Source: a virus (taxonomy: Duplodnaviria; Caudoviricetes). From it: a stretch of 64,000 nucleotides of DNA. Of this stretch, positions 42,339 to 51,610 are shown piece after piece. The stretch lies in IMG/VR virus record IMGVR_UViG_3300037808_002146, one strand, 5' to 3'. The notes below the pieces were generated by a model that worked only from the letters and a program-made list of their open reading frames with translations, made no database searches and was not told the origin of the DNA. The position numbers and the translations under genes are program-made. Positions within the stretch are counted from its first letter, which is position 1. Each line of letters opens with the position of its first letter.

Positions 42339-45300
42339 TTATTCAAAAGAAACTCCACTATTCGTTATCACAAAATCAACTGCGATAAACTCGATCGCGC
42401 GTGTCGGAACAACGACTATGCGACCGTTTAATTTATTACCCTCGACATCCTCGGGGCTATTATTTGTATCATCCATAATGACTCGAAAACTATCAATACC
42501 TGCTTGTGCCTGAACAGTCGCTAATAACGGGGTTACTAAATTGATAAATCGAGCTCGAGTTTCTGCATTGTTTGGCTCAAATAATAATCGTTGAGCTATT
42601 CCTGTAATTAATCTCTTAATTTCTAAGAGCAATCTTCTTACATTAACTCTATCTAAGGCTGATTGAGCCATTTGAAGAGTTTTTTGACCGAAGATGACGA
42701 ATCCACCATTCGGAAAATTAGCGATCGGATTAATTCTAGCATCATAAAGTTCGTCGCGATCGCCAGCTGTTAGTCTGATATCGACGCTGCTTACATTGTC
42801 TAAGGCGCCACGATTAAAACCAGCTGGAGCAAACCACGGAAAAGATACCGAGTCGCTGAAGGCTAGTGCTTTAATTGCTGCGGTTGATGCCGGCAATTTA
42901 ACTTGCGTTGAGTTAACACTATCAGCTAAAACAATATCTGGAAAATAAGTTGCTGTATAATTGTTATCAATCACTCTAGATGAAAGTTGCTCTGAAGTTT
43001 CTCTAACATCTGGAACTGATTTTTCTAGTTTGGAAAATTCCGTTCTATCTTCAGTACCAAACAGTCTAGTTCCGTCTTGCGAATATCCTGGGATATCCAT
43101 AAGATAAAGTGCGAGAGAATATTCTCTAACTTTTTCGCTAGCAAAATCTGTAACGAAAGAATCCCTAATGCCTGGAATCGATAGAATGTTGTGTCTTACA
43201 GACATTGGATCAGTCATGATAGAAACAGCTTGTCGATAAGAAACTACTGTGCTATTTTTTTGACCAACCCCTGGTTTACCAGAGTTTAATCCCGTTTGAG
43301 AAGTAAAAGCCGAATTAAATTCGCTAGAAGCTTTTCCAAAAAAGTTGGTTGGAGCATCAGTGCTTGTACTTCGGTCGTTCATCAATGAAATATCTTTGTC
43401 TAGTGAATTCAAACCATCAAACCCACCAAAGAGTGGAAGGGTGAATTTGTTATAAACTGTAAATCTATTAAATTTGACCGAAGAGCTTGCAAGAAGCGTA
43501 GCCATTGTAACTCGGCTGCCATAAGCACCATCAGCTATTGAATAGTTTGTATTATCTAACTCTTGATTTCTCATATAGACTGCTTCAAGCATATGTTCTT
43601 TAGCAGAACCAGTAACATATTCTGCAATGTTCGTTTGAACGTTTGAACCAATTTTGTTTAAAGCAACTCTTGCAAGAGTGAATTTATTAGAGTTAAAAGA
43701 ATCGACTGCTGAACCTGTTAAGAGAGCCCCAGTTTTTGCTAAGCCTTGAAATTTAGTATAACCAGTAATTAACTCATTAAACATTTCACCGGCATTAGGA
43801 TTTCTAGCTGCATCATTTATAGATCCAGTCCTAGGGAGTCTTTCAGATTTCATTCCCCAATATAATTTTGAATCGACTTTTTCGGTTAATGCCGGATTGC
43901 CAGATGGATCACTTGCCGCCACGGCCGATGCGATAGGCATAGCGCCACGCGTAACTTTATACCTCATAGGTAAAGGAGGAAAGATTGGAGAATTTAAGCT
44001 AGGACTCTCGCGGTCATCAAAATCTATAAGAGTCATCGTATGAATTCTATTCGCATCCGTCAACGATGCGTCAGTCGCAGCATGCTTTAAAGATCCTACA
44101 GTCGCAGCATCACCAACAGGTATAATTCGCCCTAAGGGGGCGCCGCCTGCGGTGAGGGTCTCTAGCGTTGAATCTGTTAAGGAATCAGTTGTCTTAAGTA
44201 CCGGAATTCCTCTAAACCCGAATGGCAAAGAAGAAGATGGGCATTCTCCCCGTCCGTGCTTGTCGCTCATGACTACTCTTATGTGTAAAGAGCGATTAGG
44301 ATATTTTCCGGAAATTATTAATCTTCTCTCTTCTTCCAAATCGGCATCGAAGTTAAAAACAGCTTTATAGTCGCCAATAACTCTTGCAACAAAATTTTCT
44401 GAATTTGGATCTAAAGAGCAGCCAGGATACGACTCTACAATTTCTGGATCTGTATCTAGATCCCTAAGTTTTCTTACTTGGACTTCAAAAGTTCCATAAG
44501 GTTGTTTTGGATCAAGGCTAGCTTTAATATTAGCAATACTAACCTTTACGTCCATATTTCCACTCGAGCCATCGCTTAGCGACTCAAAATGCATTAGATC
44601 AAATTCTTGTGAACCAAAAGGCTGGCTAATGATAGCAGGGGTTTTTGCTGTTCTATATCTAGAATCTAGTCGACCCAAAACAGACCACGCTTTTCTATCA
44701 GCTGCGGATGATAAGGCAGAATCTGTAATTTCTTTCTTAGACGGGGTTGATACGAAAACTTTAGTAGCCGATGCTAACTCGTCTTCTACAGGCAAATCTA
44801 AGTAAAGTAAATGTTTTTCTTTTTCAAATTTATGAGGATCAGTATTTAAAACTTTGCTTATATAAGAAGGGTGTTCTGGATCTAAGCTTGCTTTAGTGTT
44901 CTTAAGGACTGTTCCTGAGGCATCTACAATTTGTAACCTAAATTCTGAAGTTGTTATTGCTGCCTGAGCGTCTGTTTTAATCACTCCAGCCGCAACCGTG
45001 TACGTCGCAGTTGTAGCCATAGCTACTAAACGGTGTCCGCTGCTAGTATAAACAACACCTCTCAAGAGTTGGGTAGTTGCTGCACCAGTAATGCTATCGT
45101 TATCGACAAAAATTGGGTATGATTCTCGACACTCTTGAGATTTTGTAGCTTCATTAATATCATGAGTAGCAGTGATTAAGTTAACGCCACCAGAGAGTAG
45201 CATCGCAGCTGTTGCGCCAGATGTGTCTGTCCCGTTAGCAGCTGTAATGTTAGCTCTGTTTGCTGAAGCCTCGACTCCCTGAATGCGAAAGCCTGCGCCT

Positions 45301-45620
45301 TTAACTGTTTCAGTTGTTCTCGTAGTATCGCGATCTGCTCCGGTTTCGTTAGCTCCAGCTCCAAGAACCCTCATAAATGTTAGCGCTCTTTTGCTTTTCA
45401 AAAATTCGAATACAGAATATACAGCTGGAAAGTCTGGATCTAGACCACCAAATCTGTTTACGAAATCAGTGAAATCACCGACAGTTACTGGAACGAATGC
45501 GGGACCCTTAGCGGACGTACCGACTACACCTGCAGGTACTCCTGAAACTGTTTGACGCCGTGCCGCAAGGTCAATTTCCCTCTCAAAAAACCCGGGGGAT
45601 CTGAATGTTTGCTCTGCCAT
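42339..45620 (-). CDS. tail sheath protein, paralogue 1 (1093 aa)
   Basis: N-terminal FRSPGFFEREIDL and GPAFVP; C-terminal WFAPAGFNRG, VIFGQKTL, RVNVRRLL, FEPNN, EFIAVDF. Confidence 0.92.
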   Translation of the reverse strand: MAEQTFRSPGFFEREIDLAARRQTVSGVPAGVVGTSAKGPAFVPVTVGDFTDFVNRFGGLDPDFPAVYSVFEFLKSKRALTFMRVLGAGANETGADRDTTRTTETVKGAGFRIQGVEASANRANITAANGTDTSGATAAMLLSGGVNLITATHDINEATKSQECRESYPIFVDNDSITGAATTQLLRGVVYTSSGHRLVAMATTATYTVAAGVIKTDAQAAITTSEFRLQIVDASGTVLKNTKASLDPEHPSYISKVLNTDPHKFEKEKHLLYLDLPVEDELASATKVFVSTPSKKEITDSALSSAADRKAWSVLGRLDSRYRTAKTPAIISQPFGSQEFDLMHFESLSDGSSGNMDVKVSIANIKASLDPKQPYGTFEVQVRKLRDLDTDPEIVESYPGCSLDPNSENFVARVIGDYKAVFNFDADLEEERRLIISGKYPNRSLHIRVVMSDKHGRGECPSSSLPFGFRGIPVLKTTDSLTDSTLETLTAGGAPLGRIIPVGDAATVGSLKHAATDASLTDANRIHTMTLIDFDDRESPSLNSPIFPPLPMRYKVTRGAMPIASAVAASDPSGNPALTEKVDSKLYWGMKSERLPRTGSINDAARNPNAGEMFNELITGYTKFQGLAKTGALLTGSAVDSFNSNKFTLARVALNKIGSNVQTNIAEYVTGSAKEHMLEAVYMRNQELDNTNYSIADGAYGSRVTMATLLASSSVKFNRFTVYNKFTLPLFGGFDGLNSLDKDISLMNDRSTSTDAPTNFFGKASSEFNSAFTSQTGLNSGKPGVGQKNSTVVSYRQAVSIMTDPMSVRHNILSIPGIRDSFVTDFASEKVREYSLALYLMDIPGYSQDGTRLFGTEDRTEFSKLEKSVPDVRETSEQLSSRVIDNNYTATYFPDIVLADSVNSTQVKLPASTAAIKALAFSDSVSFPWFAPAGFNRGALDNVSSVDIRLTAGDRDELYDARINPIANFPNGGFVIFGQKTLQMAQSALDRVNVRRLLLEIKRLITGIAQRLLFEPNNAETRARFINLVTPLLATVQAQAGIDSFRVIMDDTNNSPEDVEGNKLNGRIVVVPTRAIEFIAVDFVITNSGVSFE

Positions 45621-45703
45621 GTTATGGATTCTCCTGTGATTTACTATGTAACCACCATATAACTATTTTATAAAAACTCTAGTTTCTCGTGGTTTGTCAT
45701 ATT

Positions 45704-46984
45704 TTATTTCTTAATTAAGTAGTCGAGTGTTGTAACGAACCCTTTTGCCCTAAAAACTGTTTCACCTGCTTTTACATTTTGTTCCGTTATTCTCACTTCT
45801 ACCACTGTTCTTTCCCCTGTTACGGGATCTACTCTTACAATTTGTTCTACGGTTCCCATTGAGCCTATATTATTATTTAATGTCGTAGTACCCAAAGAAT
45901 CCAAATTATCGCTAATTTCTTCGCTGGAATTAACTTTATTATCCTGACCTGCTATGCTCTGTCTTACTGGCATTCCAAGCTCATGGGACATATCAGCAAG
46001 AATATGATCATCTAAGCCAGCAGAATCTACAGTCTCGGTAGAATTTGCTTTAGGTACTCCGTTTTTCATCGAATGCATAGTAAAACTAATATGCGGCGAT
46101 GAAACGTACCTCCTAATCGGAGATGGTTGCCCTATACTCCTGGGAGCTACCAAGAAAGCTTGAACTTTCATATTAATGCTACATTTTACCAATCTTTCTT
46201 CTTCTGTAAAGTCATCGAAGTTTACGTCAGGGTTTAATGCGTTTTCTACAAAACCGGTAAAAAAATATCCTTTATTTGTATCTAATCTAAAAGAGGGTAC
46301 GTTATTATTAGTATAACCACCCATTAAGATCGTTAACATGTTATTCATTTGTTGGGTATATTGACACCAAAAAGTTATTTCGTAGTTAGCCATGTAGTGC
46401 TTAACTGGAGGGATTTCAAAAACTTCATAAATATTGTAGTTTACGTCGTTAACAATTTGAGGATTTGAAATCGATGGACTAGAAGCAGATTGCTTGGATA
46501 GTTTAATACCAGCTTCTGATTTCCCATCTTCTGTCTCTATATCCTGAGGGCGCGCTAGTTCATCGCTGTTTAACAGACCTTGCTTATTTACAAAACTTTG
46601 AAAAGCAGCATCTTCAGGAGCAAGTTTCTTTTTTATAACAAGGGGAATATTTTCACCAATGCCCGCATTTTGTTCTACGCCAGTTCTCATAATAGATATT
46701 AAAGGAAGTATCAAAGCAGACGAAGAATCACGCAATGGTTTTTTTCTTGATAAAAGTGCGAACCTTTCCCCAGTCGCGAATATGACTGGAACTTTTATAG
46801 GTTTTTTGTTGCTTTTAACAGTAAAGTTCAAACTTTTTTCAAATAAGTTAAAAACTGATCGATCCACATCTTCTATCGTACATGAGGGTATGTCAGCACC
46901 AGATACTTGCTCGCCGTCTTGATAACCTAAATCGGCTTTTCCGCCGGCACCTTTTTTAGCTGTATATCTAGTTGTCATAGTCAT
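45704..46984 (-). CDS. tail terminator / sheath stabiliser (gp15-like)
   Basis: VPVIFATGERF, LPLISIMRTG, YEITFW..Y..QMN.  Sits between neck and sheath genes. Confidence 0.65.
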   Translation of the reverse strand: MTMTTRYTAKKGAGGKADLGYQDGEQVSGADIPSCTIEDVDRSVFNLFEKSLNFTVKSNKKPIKVPVIFATGERFALLSRKKPLRDSSSALILPLISIMRTGVEQNAGIGENIPLVIKKKLAPEDAAFQSFVNKQGLLNSDELARPQDIETEDGKSEAGIKLSKQSASSPSISNPQIVNDVNYNIYEVFEIPPVKHYMANYEITFWCQYTQQMNNMLTILMGGYTNNNVPSFRLDTNKGYFFTGFVENALNPDVNFDDFTEEERLVKCSINMKVQAFLVAPRSIGQPSPIRRYVSSPHISFTMHSMKNGVPKANSTETVDSAGLDDHILADMSHELGMPVRQSIAGQDNKVNSSEEISDNLDSLGTTTLNNNIGSMGTVEQIVRVDPVTGERTVVEVRITEQNVKAGETVFRAKGFVTTLDYLIKK

Positions 46985-47642
46985 CTCCGTAGAAAGAAGA
47001 GCCTATTTTAGAATCATCGCCTTTTTCTGAAACTTCCACAACATTTTTTTCTACTTTCTCTACTTTGCCTTGTTTTTCTAAAGCACGAAGATCTCCAGTT
47101 TCACCTGCATTATTGACTGTGTTACCTCTTTGTTGAACAAACGTTTTTTGAATTGCGCCTGATTCCAGGTTTCCTTCGTCGGTTGGACCGTGTGGTTTAA
47201 AATCTATTTGTCCTTGACGGGCTTGCTTACATGCTAATTTGAGTCCTGTTTTGTACTCGACTTGGCCAAAAATCAAAGAAGTAAATATAGAGCTAGTTAT
47301 TTCAAAAAAAGTATCGCCATAGCTAATGTAATCTCCCTCTCTTGCTTCTAAATTTCTGTCTAATAAATCCCTATAATGGATATAGACTTGGATTGTTTTA
47401 AAAGTTTCAGAACCAAATTTATTAGTTCTCACCGCAGAAGGATCCCAGTCAACCCTGGCTTCAATCTCTACAGGGGGATCGAAAACTTTAGTCACAGCCT
47501 CTTCATAGACTTCATGAACATCAGTTAAATCCGATCTAATTCTATAATAAAAAATCTTTTGGCCGATGATATCTTTATTGATTTCTTTCGTTAAGTCAGA
47601 AATAAAATCAATTTCCCTCGGAGTTATAAAAAGCCTTGCCAC
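46968..47642 (-). CDS. neck / head-completion protein (gp14-like)
   Basis: IGQKIFYY, VYEEA..K.F.PPVEI, EGDYISYGDTFFEI. Follows the gp13-like gene. Confidence 0.65.
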   Translation of the reverse strand: MARLFITPREIDFISDLTKEINKDIIGQKIFYYRIRSDLTDVHEVYEEAVTKVFDPPVEIEARVDWDPSAVRTNKFGSETFKTIQVYIHYRDLLDRNLEAREGDYISYGDTFFEITSSIFTSLIFGQVEYKTGLKLACKQARQGQIDFKPHGPTDEGNLESGAIQKTFVQQRGNTVNNAGETGDLRALEKQGKVEKVEKNVVEVSEKGDDSKIGSSFYGDDYDN

Positions 47643-47646
47643 TACA

Positions 47647-48819
47647 CTATCCCATCACAATTGCTTTGCCCATCGGGACTGGAACTGACTTTAAAACTGT
47701 CTTTATTGCTTCTGCGGATTCTGCCTCCGCTTTTAGTAAATTACCATACGATAGAGTATCTAAAAGCTCAATCATTTTGTCTCGTAGGTTTGTTTGATCT
47801 TCTCGGCCTTGAGATATTAAATCGCTGCCATTGAGTTGCAAATCTCCATCAGGTATTGGAACACTGGAAAATTTTGATCTCACTAAACCTAGAAGTTCTT
47901 TGGAAAGGCCTAGGCCGTATTGTCTTACCCATTGTTTTCCAATTTCATTAATTTTAGAATACCTCAAATTACCAAAGGGTATATTAGATAGATTAGAAAC
48001 TCCGTATATCGTTCCGTCCTCTAAATGCGGATTTAAGGGATCAGGATTAAACATAACTTTAATGTAGAGTTTTTTGCTATTAGAAACATCAGTTGGTATT
48101 GGAAATATTCTTAGTTTACCACCGACGAGTTGATATGATGTGTTAGAGCGCCTAACACGATTACTAATATCCATTTGGCCAGCACGTAAGATATCTTCGA
48201 ATACTGGCAAAACATAGAAAACTGTCTCTGGAGTAAATGACTCAAAGCTAAACTCGTTGTTTAGATAGTTGATTGCTGATGTTGTATCGAAGAATCTATA
48301 AGCAGCTTGAGGAGAAAAGTGCATTACTTCCATAATCTTCATTCGTGTTCTTGGAGAATTTAAACTACTACTGACTATTAGATTACCAGCTGTATCTTTT
48401 AACTCTTCATAAATATCATAGTCTTGGCGGCCTTGTTTTAAATCTATAGAGCCGGAAATCATTTGGTATGATCCACCAACGCCAGCTTCACCGGCGTAGG
48501 GTTCAGCTGCACGCAAAGCAAACTCTAGGTTTTGTCTTGGATGTAGCTCTTCTGCCCCAGAAAGTGAACCGGTAGGGATGCCTAATAAATTGGTCAATTG
48601 AGACTTTCCGTGTGCCTCTAGAACAATTCTGCCATACTCTAAGAATGACTCTTCAAAGCATGCCCATATTTGTTTTTTTGTTAGTTCGACGCTAAGGATA
48701 TCGTCACCCAACTTTCTTTTAACAAAAGTCACCATTGAATCCGCTTCGCGAATAAAATCTTGATCTTCGTCAAAGAATCCGAAGGGCGTTGGTCTGAATG
48801 TATTAGAAAATGAAGACAT
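47647..48819 (-). CDS. neck protein (gp13-like adaptor)
   Basis: RKLG...VEL, G.QDYD, WVRQYGLGLSKELLGLVRSKF, LNG.DL.SQG. Position after the capsid block. Confidence 0.72.
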   Translation of the reverse strand: MSSFSNTFRPTPFGFFDEDQDFIREADSMVTFVKRKLGDDILSVELTKKQIWACFEESFLEYGRIVLEAHGKSQLTNLLGIPTGSLSGAEELHPRQNLEFALRAAEPYAGEAGVGGSYQMISGSIDLKQGRQDYDIYEELKDTAGNLIVSSSLNSPRTRMKIMEVMHFSPQAAYRFFDTTSAINYLNNEFSFESFTPETVFYVLPVFEDILRAGQMDISNRVRRSNTSYQLVGGKLRIFPIPTDVSNSKKLYIKVMFNPDPLNPHLEDGTIYGVSNLSNIPFGNLRYSKINEIGKQWVRQYGLGLSKELLGLVRSKFSSVPIPDGDLQLNGSDLISQGREDQTNLRDKMIELLDTLSYGNLLKAEAESAEAIKTVLKSVPVPMGKAIVMG

Positions 48820-48916
48820 ATCTCACTCCTAATCTAAATATGGAGAGGGAGTGAGAATATCTCGAAGATGTGAAGAAACTAGAAATGAAATCTAGAATCT
48901 TACCTTTGATTAGCTA

Positions 48917-49465
48917 TTAAACAGCGATTGGAGCACGGCCAACATAAGTAACTGTCACTAAGACTTCAGGTGATCCTGTCATAGTAGATAGATCAGATTG
49001 AGAGGCAATAGAAATGAAAGTCTCTTCGGTGTCCGCTGGCTGATATGGACCTGATCCAACAATTGTGTCATGTAATCCGACACCAGCTGCTGAAAGGTCT
49101 AAGTCTCTATCAGTTCCAAGCACGTTAGTAGCTGTTGCAACACCTGCACCAGCAATTTCGGTACCTTGGACGGATAAGTCAAAAGCACGTGATGCACTGT
49201 GTACATGTACAGCGACCAACCCAGCTCCATCGCCGAGGTTTGTTGCTATTGCTGTAGTTGTACAAGCAAGGGAGAGGATAACAGATCCTGCAGGCAATTT
49301 ATATGCAGCAAGACCGGCAACATCTCCAGCGTCCCCAGTTGAAACACTAATTTTTTCTTGATGAACTCGGTAAGCTGTTACATCAGCATCTAAGTCTGAA
49401 ACTGCAAATCCGCGGCCAGTTGATTGTACTAGCCCTTTATCTCTTGACGATATAATTTTTGGCAT
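48917..49465 (-). CDS. beta-rich Ala/Gly/Thr-rich virion protein (possible capsid decoration)
   Basis: Composition and location between capsid and neck genes, strong RBS, own ATAATTA motif. Confidence 0.5.
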   Translation of the reverse strand: MPKIISSRDKGLVQSTGRGFAVSDLDADVTAYRVHQEKISVSTGDAGDVAGLAAYKLPAGSVILSLACTTTAIATNLGDGAGLVAVHVHSASRAFDLSVQGTEIAGAGVATATNVLGTDRDLDLSAAGVGLHDTIVGSGPYQPADTEETFISIASQSDLSTMTGSPEVLVTVTYVGRAPIAV

Positions 49466-49494
49466 GATCTTTCTCCTTTTTTGTCTGCAAGATT

Positions 49495-49534
49495 CCGCAT
49501 CGCTGGCAGGGTCAGCTGATCAAATATGATGCGG
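49495..49534 (-). other. GC-rich structured 5' leader (stem plus nested hairpin)
   Basis: CCGCATC/GATGCGG outer stem enclosing an 11-nt bulge and a GCTG-N7-CAGC hairpin, in otherwise AT-rich intergenic DNA. Confidence 0.5.
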
Positions 49535-49565
49535 GCCTACTAATAATTATATAGAAAGAATGGAT

Positions 49566-49886
49566 TTACAAAAATAATTTGTTATTTATTGAAGTATCAA
49601 GATACAAAGCAAGCTTTTTGTTTTTCATATATGCTGCGTATGCGCTTAGCCTCTTCATAACTTCATCTTCGCCGGTGGAGGGAGATAACTTTAATGTTGC
49701 AATTTCAGATTTAAGATTTGCAATTTCTTCTCTCAAAGCTACAACTGAATTTGCAATTTGCTTTAAATCATCTTGGGTTACTTGCGCTGGTTTATTTGCT
49801 TCAGTTGCCTTGTTTACTTCAGTTGTCTTAATAGGTTTAGAAGCTTTAGTAGCAGTTAGAGTATTTGTCTTTCGAGTATTGGCCAT
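49566..49886 (-). CDS. hypothetical protein with Lys/Thr/Ala-rich N-terminus and coiled coil
   Basis: AGGAGG RBS; heptad pattern IANSVVALREEIANLKSEIATL. Confidence 0.7.
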   Translation of the reverse strand: MANTRKTNTLTATKASKPIKTTEVNKATEANKPAQVTQDDLKQIANSVVALREEIANLKSEIATLKLSPSTGEDEVMKRLSAYAAYMKNKKLALYLDTSINNKLFL

Positions 49887-49928
49887 ATTGGACCTCCTTT
49901 TAAGGATAACATAATAACTGGAACTTAA

Positions 49929-51494
49929 CTAGTCGTTTAATAAACCAGCCAATTTGTTCCATCTTGCTAAAAGTAGATTGTCGCTAGTTTTCTTAGAACG
50001 AGCAGATTCTCCTTTTATCGTCTTTTTCTCTGTCGGGTTGGTTCCGCCGCCGAATAAATCTTTTGCCCAAGGTACTTGTCCATGCTTTGATGCACCACGA
50101 ATCTTTGGTGGTTTGATGTTTTGAAGATAATCGGATAACTTATCTTTTGTCACACCAGTAAAGCCCATCTTTTCAAGAGCAGAAATAACTTTGCCTTTTT
50201 CTTCATCGGATAAATCGGAAGGTAAACCTCCACCAACTTTCTCTACAGCATCAGAGTCTAATTTCGCTTGCTTAGCAGCATATTTTTCCATGCCTTTAAG
50301 AGATCTAGCTCCTGTTTGCGGACCGGAGGCTTCATCACCACAGCCTTCTATGTCAAGATGACCAGTACCTGAACCTAATGGCTCACATATCGCGTTGCCA
50401 ATTGGTCGCCCATTTATTTTTACGCCAGCTGGATCGAATGGTTCTGGGGGATAGTATAAATGTATTTGATCAAAGCCCGCATTTTCCATTGCTTCTAACG
50501 CGGCACCCTTTTTTGTAATTTTGCCCGATTTATCAAGCTCTGGACCAGCGGCGAAAATACGATCAACTTCCGATTGCGCTACTCGCCGGCCGCCGGTAGA
50601 TGCTCTATGCAGATTTGCAACACGAGTTCTCTCAGCTGGCTGATGAATGTATACACCAATAATTTTAAGACCTGCGAAATCCTCATCACCTTTAAGATTA
50701 CCCAACGCTGCGATGCGACCAGTGTCTGCCGTGGATTCGCCGGCTTGATCAGCTAGATAAACAGTCGCATATGGTGTTCCGGGTATTTCTTCGGTACCGC
50801 CCATTAAGGACTTAAGCTCTTTTTTAACGTCTTTCATATATCTGCCTGCAGCAGCAGCTCGAATGCCAAGCGTTGGTGATCCGTCATTTGGTCCCATCAT
50901 CGAATTGGTCTTACTGTCCAAACTATCGATAGCTTTTGAAAAACCTCTTGCTTGAGTAAAGTACGCAGAGGTATTTGGGAAATTTGCGAACTCTTTAGCT
51001 CCTCCACTATTTTTAATTTTTTCAAAAGCTGATTTGCTGAGAATTGAGCTTAATTCAAATTTCTTACCCTTTTCATTTACATGAAAGTAATCCTTGATAA
51101 TAGAATCAAAATCCTCTCCACCCTCTACACGCGAAAGAATTTCTTCAAAAATTGCTGGGGCTAATTCCTTACCAGTGATTGCTACCATTGCGGCATCTTC
51201 TTCTTGGAATTGTTTTTGGCCATCGTCACCAAGTTGATCTAAATAATCTTCAAAATTTTGTTCTGAATTTGCACCAATAAAGTCTCCAATAGCTTTCTTT
51301 GCAGCACCTTTGCCGGCAGCGGGAGGACCATAAAGAACCACAAGCGTAATAGGTTTCGCTCCTGCGTCTTGAACCTGCTGAATCAAGGCCGCTTCAGCTT
51401 CTTTTAAGATACTTCTTAATTTTTCTTTTCGTGGCGTTTTTGATTTCTTATCTTTATCTATACTGATATTGTAGAGTTCTCTCAACGTTTTCAT
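49929..51494 (-). CDS. P-loop kinase (zeta-toxin/NMP-kinase-like), probably virion-packaged (start likely ATG 51494)
   Basis: Walker A VVLYGPPAAGKG; lid-like GVYIHQPAERTRVANLHRASTGGRRV; C-terminal RWNKLAGL shared with the scaffold. Confidence 0.6.
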   Translation of the reverse strand: MKTLRELYNISIDKDKKSKTPRKEKLRSILKEAEAALIQQVQDAGAKPITLVVLYGPPAAGKGAAKKAIGDFIGANSEQNFEDYLDQLGDDGQKQFQEEDAAMVAITGKELAPAIFEEILSRVEGGEDFDSIIKDYFHVNEKGKKFELSSILSKSAFEKIKNSGGAKEFANFPNTSAYFTQARGFSKAIDSLDSKTNSMMGPNDGSPTLGIRAAAAGRYMKDVKKELKSLMGGTEEIPGTPYATVYLADQAGESTADTGRIAALGNLKGDEDFAGLKIIGVYIHQPAERTRVANLHRASTGGRRVAQSEVDRIFAAGPELDKSGKITKKGAALEAMENAGFDQIHLYYPPEPFDPAGVKINGRPIGNAICEPLGSGTGHLDIEGCGDEASGPQTGARSLKGMEKYAAKQAKLDSDAVEKVGGGLPSDLSDEEKGKVISALEKMGFTGVTKDKLSDYLQNIKPPKIRGASKHGQVPWAKDLFGGGTNPTEKKTIKGESARSKKTSDNLLLARWNKLAGLLND

Positions 51495-51554
51495 AGGGTA
51501 GTTCTCCTGCTTTGGAAACATTCAATAATAAATATCACTATCGTGAGTAAAAGT

Positions 51555-51585
51555 AAAAAAAAAAGGGTGGCCAAAAGGCCACCCT
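51555..51585 (-). terminator. intrinsic terminator after the major capsid gene
   Basis: Perfect 9-bp stem AGGGTGGCC-TTTT-GGCCACCCT followed by a long T run. Confidence 0.92.
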
Positions 51586-51610
51586 CTTATTATAGAGTCA
51601 TTCTACTCTA

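Noticed and set aside
24608-48819. Interpreting the multi-sheath tail block as a bacterial extracellular contractile injection system
   Set aside because: Terminase, portal, protease, scaffold, capsid and neck genes are contiguous with it, so it is a phage tail.
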